Assembly: GCA_038243675.1 (NCBI GenBank) | Contig: JBBSQV010000001.1 | Span: forward strand, 20,000 to 83,999 | Direction: 5' to 3' | Origin: Flavobacteriales bacterium | Lineage (GTDB): Bacteria > Bacteroidota > Bacteroidia > Flavobacteriales > Flavobacteriaceae | DNA length: 64,000 bases | Part shown: positions 21,330-30,953 of the stretch, piece by piece | How the letters are laid out: each line of letters begins with the position of its first letter | Numbering within the stretch: position 1 is the stretch's first letter | Made by a program: the position numbers and the translations under genes | The notes under the pieces: generated by a model | What the model saw: only the letters and a program-made list of their open reading frames with translations | Told to the model about the DNA's origin: nothing | Databases searched by the model: none

Positions 21330-22381
21330 ATGAAAAACTTATTTTCTGGTCATTAATAAACGTATGTGACCACATTGGTATAGAAGCTATATTGTGCAGG
21401 GAAAAATTTATTAACAAAAGAAAGATTTCTTATTCTACTATTATAGGACTACTGATGTTATTGACCATAGTGTGAAATTAAGCATTTAATAAATTGCGGC
21501 AAAATTAATTAGTATTACGTAAAGGTTAATTTCTGAAGATAATTTGCTTATCACAAGAAAGTCGAGCAGCAACTTTTTTTATTAAGTCATATTGTGAAAT
21601 TAACGGAATTCTGCGTAGGTCTTCCTGTAAATTAAGGATATCATTAAATTCTTTTTCCATAATATTTAATTCATTAAAGACTTTACAGTATCAAGTCAAT
21701 TGTAGTTTGGTGTAATTTATGAAAACTTTAAAGTGAGTGGGAGCAGATTGTACTTATGCCCTAGCGAATAGACATTGTTCTAAGTATTTAGTAGTATCAT
21801 TTTAATCGGTGTAAGACTGTCGTACCGTTTTTGATTCTAATTTTGCATAGTGACCACTGCTTTCGAGTACTATAACTCAGGAGCCACATTAGCTCATTTA
21901 TATTGCAACACTATCGCTCTATTTTAAAGGTCATATCTGTACAAATCTTACGATAACATTATAAATTGATTCGTTTACAAATGTAGTAGCACTATATTTG
22001 GTAATTCATCTTTTGAATTACATTTTTTATCTTTCTATAGGTTTAAAGTTGTTCTCAATTGATAAGATGGCGATAATCTCTTAGCATAAGTAGAAGATGA
22101 TAAAAATAAGTAGCGATTGTTAAGCAATAGGAGCAAGTAGACAACGTTTGTACCATTAGATATATTTGTCAATATATGACGGCTGATGTTTTTTTTCAAG
22201 ATGCGTTAAAAAATTAATTGTTGAGATTGCAATGGATTTGGTTTCATTATGGATTCCTTAATCGTTAATAGTAGGTACTACAATACATAAAGAAAAATAA
22301 TAATAAACAATATACCTTTCAGAAATTTGTCTTTAGATTCTCTTAGACAATAATTTGATCTGGTTAATGAAAAATTTATAA
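21330..22381 (+). pseudogene. Heavily decayed copy of the GT4 gene at 18366-19463 (pseudoA)
   Basis: Ends ATGAAAAATTTATAA (MKNL*) exactly as gene A does. YTFQKF at 22311 is identical to gene A. GIEAILCR at 21377 vs GIETYLLR. Span about 1050 nt vs 1098 nt. The 5' boundary is approximate. Confidence 0.75.
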
Positions 22382-22391
22382 AAAGTGAGAA

Positions 22392-23564
22392 ATGAATAAA
22401 GTTTTATTTGTACATGATGGGCCTATTTATAACAATAACGATAAAACAATTTACTATGGCGTTCACTACAACGATATATTAATAGAACGTTATTCTTATT
22501 TTGGAGAGCAGGTAATTTTCTTAACAAGAAGCAAGGTGATAGCAGAGGAAAAAGCTAAGAACTATTCACTGATCAAGCATCCTGCTTTTTCTCACATTGA
22601 GGTGCCAAATTTTAAATCTATTAGTAATTATGTTAAAAAGCCCCAGGCGGTAGCAATTATCAAAAAAGCAGTAGATGAAAATGAAGTAATCATTTTACGC
22701 TTACCAAGCGCAATAGGAACGATTGCATTTGAATATGCAAAAAGTATAAATAAACCCGTTTTAATAGAAATGGTAGCTTGTGTTTATGATGCATTATGGA
22801 ATTATGACTGGCGCGGTAAATTGATAGCAAATTATAAAATGAAAAATTACCAATCTATTTTAAAGGATGCATCTCATACAATATATGTAACGGATAATTT
22901 TTTACAAGACAGGTATCCAACATTTGGCAAATCTATAGGATGCTCTGATGTAATAGTTAAAAATCTGGAGCCTGCAATTTTAAATGATAGAATTCGTAAA
23001 ATTAAAGATCTTCCAGTAAAAATAGTTCTTGGAACAGTAGCGGCTATAGACGTTCCTTATAAAGGTCAAGCTGATGTTATAAAAGCGATTGCGATATTGA
23101 AGAAAGAAAATATCTTATTCAATTATAAAATTGTTGGACAAGGAGACTCATCAAGGCTTAATAAAATAATTGAGAAGTATCAAGTTGCTGATTTAGTGGA
23201 GGTGGTAGGGCCTTTAACTCAGTTTCAAGTTTTTGACTTTTTAGATTCTATAGACTTATATATTCAGCCTAGCAAACAAGAAGGGCTTCCACGAGCAGTA
23301 ATTGAAGCAATGAGTAGAGCATGTCCAGTATTGGGGTCAAATATTGCCGGAATTCCAGAGTTAATTAATAGAGATGCATTATTTGAAGCTGGAAATATAA
23401 ATCAAATAGTAGAATTTCTTAAGCAAGTAAATAAAGATGTGTTACTGAAATGGGCTAAAGAAAACTTTTTAAAAGCAGAAAACTTCACTAAAGTAACTCT
23501 TGATACAAGAAGGAATAAGTTTTACGATGAGTTTTTAAATGATTTCAAGTTAATAAATCAATAA
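22392..23564 (+). CDS. GT4 glycosyltransferase (gene B)
   Basis: ILRLPS, YKGQ, QPSKQEGLPRAVIEAMS. Confidence 0.9.
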   Translation: MNKVLFVHDGPIYNNNDKTIYYGVHYNDILIERYSYFGEQVIFLTRSKVIAEEKAKNYSLIKHPAFSHIEVPNFKSISNYVKKPQAVAIIKKAVDENEVIILRLPSAIGTIAFEYAKSINKPVLIEMVACVYDALWNYDWRGKLIANYKMKNYQSILKDASHTIYVTDNFLQDRYPTFGKSIGCSDVIVKNLEPAILNDRIRKIKDLPVKIVLGTVAAIDVPYKGQADVIKAIAILKKENILFNYKIVGQGDSSRLNKIIEKYQVADLVEVVGPLTQFQVFDFLDSIDLYIQPSKQEGLPRAVIEAMSRACPVLGSNIAGIPELINRDALFEAGNINQIVEFLKQVNKDVLLKWAKENFLKAENFTKVTLDTRRNKFYDEFLNDFKLINQ

Positions 23565-23620
23565 TAAATCGGAAAAAGATTTATAGTAAAATTTAAAATA
23601 ACGGAAAACGATTTGATATT

Positions 23621-24751
23621 ATGAAGTTAATTATAGGTATTACCGCTCCTCAGAGCATTGTTCTGCTACAAGGTCAATTAAGATACTTTGTAGGCAAGGG
23701 CTATTCAGTTTATTTACTAGCTCCTGAGAATGCAAATACTATTCATTTTTGTGAAAAAGAGGGTGCTACTTTACTCCCCATTCATATCAAGAGAGAAATA
23801 AGTCTTCTTCATGATTTATGGACACTACTAAAAATCATTAGAATAGTTTCCAAAATAAAACCTGATGTTGTGAATTTTGGTACGCCAAAGATTAGCTTAT
23901 TAGGTATGATTGCAGCAAAGATTGTCGGAGTTAAAAAAAGGGTATACACTTGTAGAGGGTTTAGGTTTGAGCATGAAGATGGGTTCATAAAAAAAATTCT
24001 TATTCTTATGGAAAAGATTACAGCATCAAGCGCAAATACTGTGCTGTGCATTAGTCAATCGGTAAGAGATTTAGGAATTTCTTACAACATATTTTCCGAA
24101 GAGAAGTCTGTTGTTATTAATAAAGGCAGTAGTAATGGAGTGGATTTAAAGTTATACAGTAAAAGTCACATAGATCCTGATAAACTCGAAAAACTTAAGC
24201 AAAAACATATTCCTGACAACAAATTTGTATTCGGTTTTTTAGGGCGAATTGTTGAGAGAAAAGGCTTTAAAGAATTGCTAGCATCTTTCGATAAATTATA
24301 TCAATCAGATAAGAATGTAAAATTGTTGATAATTGGAAAGCCCTACTATGATCAAATTGAGAAATCTATTGTAGAGACTGCGAATGCTCATAAAGGAATT
24401 GATATGATTGGCCTAGTTGATTATGAAGAAACTCCTTACTATTATAGTTTAATGGATGTTTTCGTTATGCCAGCTTATTGGGAAGGTTTTGGGAATGTCT
24501 TAATTCAAGCTGCTGCAATGGGTCTGCCAATAATTACTACAGATGTAACTGGGTGCAAAGATGCAGTCAGCGATAATTATAATGGCGAACTCATTGAGGA
24601 CAAAAATATTGATATATTATTTGCCACTATGATGAAATTTAAAAACGATGATCGATTGCGTCAAAAATACTCAGAACACAGTATAGAATGGTCTAAGAAT
24701 TTTGACCCTGAAATAATATGGAATGGTATGAATGAATTATATATTAAATAA
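23621..24751 (+). CDS. GT4 glycosyltransferase, CapM-like
   Basis: GTPK, RGFRFE, GSSNGVD, GRIVERKG, WEGFGNVLIQA. Confidence 0.9.
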   Translation: MKLIIGITAPQSIVLLQGQLRYFVGKGYSVYLLAPENANTIHFCEKEGATLLPIHIKREISLLHDLWTLLKIIRIVSKIKPDVVNFGTPKISLLGMIAAKIVGVKKRVYTCRGFRFEHEDGFIKKILILMEKITASSANTVLCISQSVRDLGISYNIFSEEKSVVINKGSSNGVDLKLYSKSHIDPDKLEKLKQKHIPDNKFVFGFLGRIVERKGFKELLASFDKLYQSDKNVKLLIIGKPYYDQIEKSIVETANAHKGIDMIGLVDYEETPYYYSLMDVFVMPAYWEGFGNVLIQAAAMGLPIITTDVTGCKDAVSDNYNGELIEDKNIDILFATMMKFKNDDRLRQKYSEHSIEWSKNFDPEIIWNGMNELYIK

Positions 24752-24762
24752 AAATTCCTTTA

Positions 24763-25371
24763 ATGTTCTACCGTAATTTTCTAAAGCCTTTATCAGATTT
24801 TTTAATCTCATTTTGCGCTCTTGTGCTCTTTCTACCATTCGTAATATTGCTTATTTTATTTTTAGCAATTGCCAATAGAGGGGATGTGTTTTTCTTGCAA
24901 CAGCGTCCCGGTAAAAATCAACGAGTTTTCAAGGTCATAAAGTTTAAAACCATGAACAATTTAAAAGATGCAGAAGGTAAATTACTACCGGATCATCAAA
25001 GAATTACAACTGTAGGCAAATTTGTTAGGAGCACATCACTAGATGAGATTCCCCAATTAATAAATGTATTAAAAGGTGATATGAGTCTTATTGGACCGCG
25101 ACCTCTTCTCGTCAAATATTTACCACTATATTCTGAGCATCAAGCAAAGCGTCATAATGTGAAACCTGGCATTACGGGTTGGGCACAAGTTAACGGCAGA
25201 AATGCCATATCATGGAATCAGAAGTTCGACTACGATGTTTGGTACATTGAAAACCTGAGTTTTAAGTTAGACTTGAAAATTATTATATTAACTTTGAAAA
25301 AAGTAGTCGTAAGAGAAGGTATCTCAAGTGAAACTAGCGTAACTACGGAGTCTTTTACAGGCAATAATTAA
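24763..25371 (+). CDS. Monotopic phosphoglycosyltransferase, PglC/EpsL-like
   Basis: QQRPG, KFKTM, RSTSLDEIPQLINVLKGDMSLIGPRP, KPGITGWAQVNGRN. Confidence 0.93.
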   Translation: MFYRNFLKPLSDFLISFCALVLFLPFVILLILFLAIANRGDVFFLQQRPGKNQRVFKVIKFKTMNNLKDAEGKLLPDHQRITTVGKFVRSTSLDEIPQLINVLKGDMSLIGPRPLLVKYLPLYSEHQAKRHNVKPGITGWAQVNGRNAISWNQKFDYDVWYIENLSFKLDLKIIILTLKKVVVREGISSETSVTTESFTGNN

Positions 25372-25382
25372 AAAACAAAAAT

Positions 25383-25613
25383 ATGGAAACTAAATTTTTA
25401 GAAATGATAAGCGATGTCTTAGAAATAGAAGACAGAACAATAGCAATGAATGACACCTTTCGTGATTTTGACGAATGGGATTCACTCGCTCGTTTATCTT
25501 TGATAGCAGAAATCGATGATGTTTACAATATTGTTATTGAAGATGAGGTATTCAAAACCTTGCTAACTTTACAAGATCTGCATACAGAAATTCAAAAAAG
25601 AGTCACCGCTTAA
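25383..25613 (+). CDS. Acyl carrier protein
   Basis: 76 aa, acidic, EWDSLA motif. Confidence 0.9.
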   Translation: METKFLEMISDVLEIEDRTIAMNDTFRDFDEWDSLARLSLIAEIDDVYNIVIEDEVFKTLLTLQDLHTEIQKRVTA

Positions 25614-25622
25614 AAAAAAATC

Positions 25623-26681
25623 ATGGCAAATTTATCATTTAGTAACATAGGCATTGTGGGCATGTCTGCAGCAGTGCCAAAAAACACCATTGACAATTAT
25701 GCCTATACAGAGTTTTTTCCTGAAGCTGATGTAAAAGATATTGTTGATAAAGTGGGAATCAAAGAACGCCGCTTTGCTCCTGAGGGAATGTGTGCGTCTG
25801 ATTTGTGTTTTGCAGCAGCAGAGCAGTTAATTAGTGATCTTAAGATAAATAAAGAAGAAATAGATTTATTAGTTTTTGTTTCACAAACGCCAGATTATCG
25901 CATGCCAGCGACTTCCATTATTTTGCAACACCGTTTAGGCTTAGGTAAGCATACCGCTGCTTTTGATATTAGTTTAGGATGTTCAGCATTTGTGTACGGA
26001 CTTTCTATCGTTTATGGATTGATGCAAAGTGGGGGATTTAGAAAAGCATTGCTATTAGATGGAGAAACTCGTTCCAGAGTATATTCGCCAAAGGATAGAA
26101 AAACTTCTTTTCTATTTGGAGATGGTGGAGTAGCTGCGATTATAGAACAGAATGAGAAATTTGGCGAAAGCTTTTTCTCTTTAAATTCTGATGGTTCGTT
26201 AGCAGATTTAATTAAAATGGATGCTGGCGGATATCGCAACCCATCAACGGTTGAAACTTTAACTGAAAGAGTTGTCGATGAGTATGGGAATATCAGAAAT
26301 GATGAGCACGGGTATATGAACGGAGCCGATGTTTTTAATTTTGTTTTAAAGGAAATCCCTAAAAATTTTAAAGCAGTTTTAGCACAGTCCAACAATACTA
26401 ACGAAAGCATCGATTTTAATATATTCCACCAAGCGAATGATTATATGAATAATTATTTAGCAAAGAAATTAAAATTAGATACTGCCAAAGTCCCTTCATG
26501 CATCGCACAATTTGGAAATACTTCATCTGTATCTATTCCATTGACTATTGTCAGCCAATTACAAAATGAACTGCAAGGCCACAAAAAGCTTATGTTATGT
26601 GGTTTTGGAGTAGGCATGTCTTGGGCAACAGCCCAGATAAATGTTGAAGATTGTAAAATAAGTAATTTAGTAGAGATATAA
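25623..26681 (+). CDS. Ketoacyl-ACP synthase III (FabH-like)
   Basis: Cys-His-Asn triad: LGCSAF, FHQAN, FGNTSS; GFGVGMSW. Confidence 0.92.
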   Translation: MANLSFSNIGIVGMSAAVPKNTIDNYAYTEFFPEADVKDIVDKVGIKERRFAPEGMCASDLCFAAAEQLISDLKINKEEIDLLVFVSQTPDYRMPATSIILQHRLGLGKHTAAFDISLGCSAFVYGLSIVYGLMQSGGFRKALLLDGETRSRVYSPKDRKTSFLFGDGGVAAIIEQNEKFGESFFSLNSDGSLADLIKMDAGGYRNPSTVETLTERVVDEYGNIRNDEHGYMNGADVFNFVLKEIPKNFKAVLAQSNNTNESIDFNIFHQANDYMNNYLAKKLKLDTAKVPSCIAQFGNTSSVSIPLTIVSQLQNELQGHKKLMLCGFGVGMSWATAQINVEDCKISNLVEI

Positions 26682-27442
26682 TGCAAAGTAATCCATTCAG
26701 TCTTTCTGGAAAAAAAATAGTAATTACTGGAGCATCGTCTGGAATTGGACGACAGTGCGCCATAACAGCAAATCATTTAGGTGCATTTGTTATACTAATT
26801 GGACGTTCTAAAGAAAGATTAGAAGAAACAGCAAGCTTATTATCTAATGAAAAGTTTCAGCTATTATCTGCAGACATTACGGCTTATGATGAAACTGCAA
26901 ATGAATTAGAAAAACTACTGAGTGGTACTAAAGTAGACGGAATAGTGCATGCCGCGGGAATTTCAACTACGCTTCCTCTGCGTAATATTACACCTGAAAA
27001 ACTACAGCCATTTTTTGAAACCAATGTATTTGCAGCGATCAATATTACCAAGCTGCTCACCAAAGCGAAGTTTGCCAATCCTGAGGGAATGAGTATAATT
27101 TTTATGTCTTCGGTAATGGGTGTCGTGGGCGAACTAGGAAAAACAACTTACAGCCTTACCAAAGGAGCATTAGTTGCTGGTTCAAAATCATTAGCTTTAG
27201 AATTAGCAAATAAAAAGATTAGAGTTAATTGTGTCTCTCCAGGAGTAGTAGAAAGTCCAATGAGTGCAAATGCTGTTTACGCACAGAATGAAACGGCTTA
27301 CGACAAAATTAAAAGCTACCATCCTATTGGATTAGGAACTCCAGAGGATATTGCAAATGCCTGTGCTTTTTTACTAAGCAATGGATCGAGATGGATAACG
27401 GGTACAAATTTAATAGTAGATGGTGGTTACACAGCAAGATAG
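26681..27442 (+). CDS. SDR ketoreductase (FabG-like)
   Basis: TGASSGIG, HAAG, YSLTK, RVNCVSPG, VDGGY. Confidence 0.9.
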   Translation: MQSNPFSLSGKKIVITGASSGIGRQCAITANHLGAFVILIGRSKERLEETASLLSNEKFQLLSADITAYDETANELEKLLSGTKVDGIVHAAGISTTLPLRNITPEKLQPFFETNVFAAINITKLLTKAKFANPEGMSIIFMSSVMGVVGELGKTTYSLTKGALVAGSKSLALELANKKIRVNCVSPGVVESPMSANAVYAQNETAYDKIKSYHPIGLGTPEDIANACAFLLSNGSRWITGTNLIVDGGYTAR

Positions 27443-27446
27443 AAAG

Positions 27447-28103
27447 ATGAAGAAAGTAATTATAGTAGGAGCTGGCGGTCATGCTGCAGAACTAGTGGAT
27501 TATATGATATATATGAATCAATCTTCTAATGCTGACCAAGATTGGGATGTGCTAGGATTAATTGACGATAGTGAAAGTAATTACGATGCTTATGATTATA
27601 ATTTTCCTTATTTGGGAGCTATCAATGATCATATCGTAAATAGTGATGCAACATATATTATGGGCATTGCCAACATGAAGTACAGACGAAATATTATTGA
27701 GCAACTAATTGAAAAAGGCGCACAGTTTACAAATCTTATTCATCCCACCGCTTTGATTTCTCCTTCGGCCAAAATCGGAATTGGATGTGTGATTTCTCAC
27801 AACGTTTCGGTAGGACCTAAAGCAATTATTAGAGATTTTAATTTGATCAATTCTCGATGCACAATTGGACATGATTCAAAGATTGGAAACTACAATTTCT
27901 TATCTCCACAAGTTGTCACAGGAGGATTTGCAGAAATGGGGGATGAGAATTTTATTGGCACCAATGCCGCAATTTTACCTGCTATAATTTTGGGTAACCA
28001 CAATACAATTGCTGCAGGGATGATAGTTGATAGGAAAGTTGAAGATAACGCGACCGTTTTTCATAGATTTAAGGAAAAAGTGACAATAATTTCCCAGTCA
28101 TAA
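27447..28103 (+). CDS. PglD/NeuD-family sugar N-acyltransferase (left-handed beta-helix)
   Basis: IVGAGGHA, IHPTALIS, hexapeptide repeats, IGHD. Start moved to ATG 27447. Confidence 0.88.
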   Translation: MKKVIIVGAGGHAAELVDYMIYMNQSSNADQDWDVLGLIDDSESNYDAYDYNFPYLGAINDHIVNSDATYIMGIANMKYRRNIIEQLIEKGAQFTNLIHPTALISPSAKIGIGCVISHNVSVGPKAIIRDFNLINSRCTIGHDSKIGNYNFLSPQVVTGGFAEMGDENFIGTNAAILPAIILGNHNTIAAGMIVDRKVEDNATVFHRFKEKVTIISQS

Positions 28104-28104
28104 A

Positions 28105-28737
28105 ATGTCCGTCGAAATTACAACCATAATTAATGTACAGTATAATGCCAATACTTATTTGCTAAAAAATAAAACAATACGCAGCTGTTGCTATTTGATT
28201 GACATCGGAAACTCTGAAGGCATACTTGAAGCATTAGAACAAAATCAAAAAATAAGTGCAATTTTTTTGACGCATGCACATTATGACCATATTTGTGGTA
28301 TTAATGAAATTCTTCAAAAATTTCCTGACTGTTTAGTATATTGCTCAGGGTATACAGCTGATGCGCTTGCAGACAGTAAATTAAATTTATCTTTTTACCA
28401 CAAAACGCCAGTAAGCTTTCAAGGCGAAAATGTGAAAGTCATTAATGCCCATGATGTAATAAATTTATTTGCCAATGTAAAGTTAGAAGTTTTAGAAACA
28501 CCCGGGCACAATGCAGGTAGTTTATCATTCATTATCGATAATGCTCTTTTTACAGGAGATTCTTTGATTCCTGAGTTTTCTATTGTAACTAAATTAAAGA
28601 GCGGCAATAAACTTCAAGCTGTAGAGAGCATATTAAGAATAAAAAGTCATTCAACGATTACTACCACAATTTTTCCGGGACATGGAAAACCATTTCCATC
28701 AAAAGAAATTAATTGGGACTTTTATTTATCCAAGTAA
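28105..28737 (+). CDS. MBL-fold hydrolase, glyoxalase II-like
   Basis: THAHYDH, TPGH, FTGD, PGHG. Confidence 0.88.
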   Translation: MSVEITTIINVQYNANTYLLKNKTIRSCCYLIDIGNSEGILEALEQNQKISAIFLTHAHYDHICGINEILQKFPDCLVYCSGYTADALADSKLNLSFYHKTPVSFQGENVKVINAHDVINLFANVKLEVLETPGHNAGSLSFIIDNALFTGDSLIPEFSIVTKLKSGNKLQAVESILRIKSHSTITTTIFPGHGKPFPSKEINWDFYLSK

Positions 28738-28785
28738 ATCTGATTTTTAATAATACTGCTTATCTGTTGAATTAAATTCATTTAT

Positions 28786-29520
28786 ATGCTAGATTATCTA
28801 ACTTTGATAAATATGTTCCTTGTAGTTTTACTGCTTTTAACAATTTGTACCTACTACTACACAAATAAAAAAGTCTTATGGCTTTGGGCTATTTTTTTTA
28901 TTCTCTTCCTCGCTTCTTCAACAAAAATTCTACCAGCGACATTAATTGCAAACTACGAGGGAAAAACACCAATATTCAACACTAACAGTCTAGATAAAAG
29001 CCAAATCTATTATCTACATGTGCTAGGGGCAGGCTATAGTTTAGATCCAAATTTGCCAGCTACATCTCAGCTAAGCACTACCACCTTAGCACGATTAGTC
29101 GAAGCCATCCGTATTTCAAAATATCTACCACAATACAAAATTGTAAGTTCAGGATATTCCAAATTAGATCTTGAATCGCAAGCGTCAGTTGTTCGAAGAG
29201 CTGCCATAGAGCTTGGAATTCCCCCGCAAAATTGCGAAATCTTACCAACTCCTACCAACACCTCTCAAGAAGTAAAAGCTTTTGTATCCAGATTCGGATC
29301 GACAAAAAATGTCATTGTAGTTTCAGATGCAATGCACTTACCGAGAGCTGCAATGCTATATAAGAAAGCAGGAATAATCGCTATCGGAGCTCCCACAAAT
29401 TTCAGAATCAAAAAGGGTGCGAATGACAATACCGGAATTCGATTTCCATCTCTATCTTCGATGAATCTATTGAATGATTATTTGAGAGAAAGATTGAAAT
29501 ATTGGAAAGATGAATTTTAG
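28786..29520 (+). CDS. YdcF/ElyC (DUF218) family membrane protein
   Basis: Two N-terminal TM helices, VLGAG, RLVEA, NTSQE, VSDAMHLPRA, APT. Confidence 0.85.
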   Translation: MLDYLTLINMFLVVLLLLTICTYYYTNKKVLWLWAIFFILFLASSTKILPATLIANYEGKTPIFNTNSLDKSQIYYLHVLGAGYSLDPNLPATSQLSTTTLARLVEAIRISKYLPQYKIVSSGYSKLDLESQASVVRRAAIELGIPPQNCEILPTPTNTSQEVKAFVSRFGSTKNVIVVSDAMHLPRAAMLYKKAGIIAIGAPTNFRIKKGANDNTGIRFPSLSSMNLLNDYLRERLKYWKDEF

Positions 29521-29538
29521 GGAATAGGGGATTGGGTT
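29518..29538 (+). repeat. Short degenerate heptamer array
   Basis: TAGGGAA TAGGGGA TTGGGTT, beginning in the TAG stop of the DUF218 gene. Confidence 0.5.
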
Positions 29539-29749
29539 TTTGGAAATGCAACTATCATATATTGTGTATTTACTATTTACCTTTTAGAAATATCGTAGCG
29601 CTAATTCTACAATCTTTGTTTCAAGTTGCAGCTGTACTAAGCACAGTATTATATTGCCATACTAAGCGCAGTGGAAATATAACTTGACAGTCAACACATG
29701 CAATTTTCTCCCTATATTGTCTCAAAATAGCACACAGTTAATCCTATCT

Positions 29750-30334
29750 ATGATCAAGCGCGTTTTCGATTTCACTGTATCTCTAATATGCCTAATTCTT
29801 TTTGGCAGTTTATTATTGATTTGTATTATCCTTGCCAGTATTGATACGAATTCATTTGGACTGTTTATCCAAAGTCGTGTTGGTCAGCACGGCATTTCCT
29901 TCAAAATTTTTAAAATCAAAACTCTCGCCGACCATTCAAAAGAAATTACAAAATTTGGTCATTTCCTGCGAAAGTCAAAATTGGACGAATTACCACAGTT
30001 GTTCAATGTCTTAATTGGTGAAATGTCATTTGTTGGACCACGACCGGATATTGCAGGATATGCTGATTTACTAGATGGCAAAGATAGAATCATATTAAAA
30101 ATAAAACCTGGGATCACCGGTCTCGCTTCTCTCAAATATCGCAACGAAGCAGTTCTTTTGCAACAGCAAAAAAATCCAGTGCTTTACAACGATACGGTTA
30201 TTTGGCCAGATAAAGTTCGCATTAACAAATGGTATGTTCAAAATCAAAATCTTTGGATGGATTTTGTCATCTTGTATCATACGGTGGCGCCTGTCACATT
30301 TGATGTCGAAGCAATGATGCAGAAAAAGGAATAG
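29750..30334 (+). CDS. Monotopic phosphoglycosyltransferase (sugar transferase)
   Basis: MIKRVFD, QSRVG, LRKSKLDELPQLFNVLIGEMSFVGPRP, KPGITG. Start moved to ATG 29750. Confidence 0.92.
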   Translation: MIKRVFDFTVSLICLILFGSLLLICIILASIDTNSFGLFIQSRVGQHGISFKIFKIKTLADHSKEITKFGHFLRKSKLDELPQLFNVLIGEMSFVGPRPDIAGYADLLDGKDRIILKIKPGITGLASLKYRNEAVLLQQQKNPVLYNDTVIWPDKVRINKWYVQNQNLWMDFVILYHTVAPVTFDVEAMMQKKE

Positions 30335-30925
30335 GAGAATGACAGATGTTGTAAGTGAATAAGAAACGAGAATAGAAAGGACAATCAGTGATAAAACTTA
30401 AATAAGAACTTATTTTTTTTGTAATTGTCTACAATGTGTGATTGTGACGAAGGAATAATTGTTATGCTGCAGTCGGGTTTAGCACGGGTATCTATATTTT
30501 TTTGTCTCTCTAAACAAATTAATTTTTTGCTACCAAAGAATTCCAACTGCATAATTTTATTTTGATTCTACAATAGTATATCTCCCTCTGCTCTTACCCA
30601 AACAACTCCCAAAATAGGGAGTGCAGATGCGAACGCATAATCAAAACCTCAAGTGGCGCGATTGAGTGCAATATTGCATCTACACTCTCTACTTTATAAG
30701 TAAAACTTAAATTTTAATTCGGTTCTGTAGTTTCGGAATAAAAATATTTTCTTGGTTGCTACGTAAAATTTCAAAAATGGGTTCTTAATTTAAGTTTAAT
30801 TCCTCGGCGGTTTTTTGCAGCGAAAGCCAAATGTTTTATTTTCATAATTCCTGGGGCTTATAAAGGAGAGTAAAAACATAATTCCAACCTAAGCAAAAAA
30901 GTTAAAAATCTTATTTTGAAATCCG

Positions 30926-30933
30926 TACATTTG
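30926..30933 (+). promoter_or_regulatory. Bacteroidota -7 promoter box
   Basis: TACATTTG matches TAnnTTTG, 20 nt before ATG 30954; no clear -33 box. Confidence 0.5.
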
Positions 30934-30953
30934 TACAAAATATATTTCTCATA

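Noticed and set aside
28105-28737. Metallo-beta-lactamase resistance gene
   Set aside because: No signal peptide, glyoxalase-II-type motifs and a biosynthetic context.
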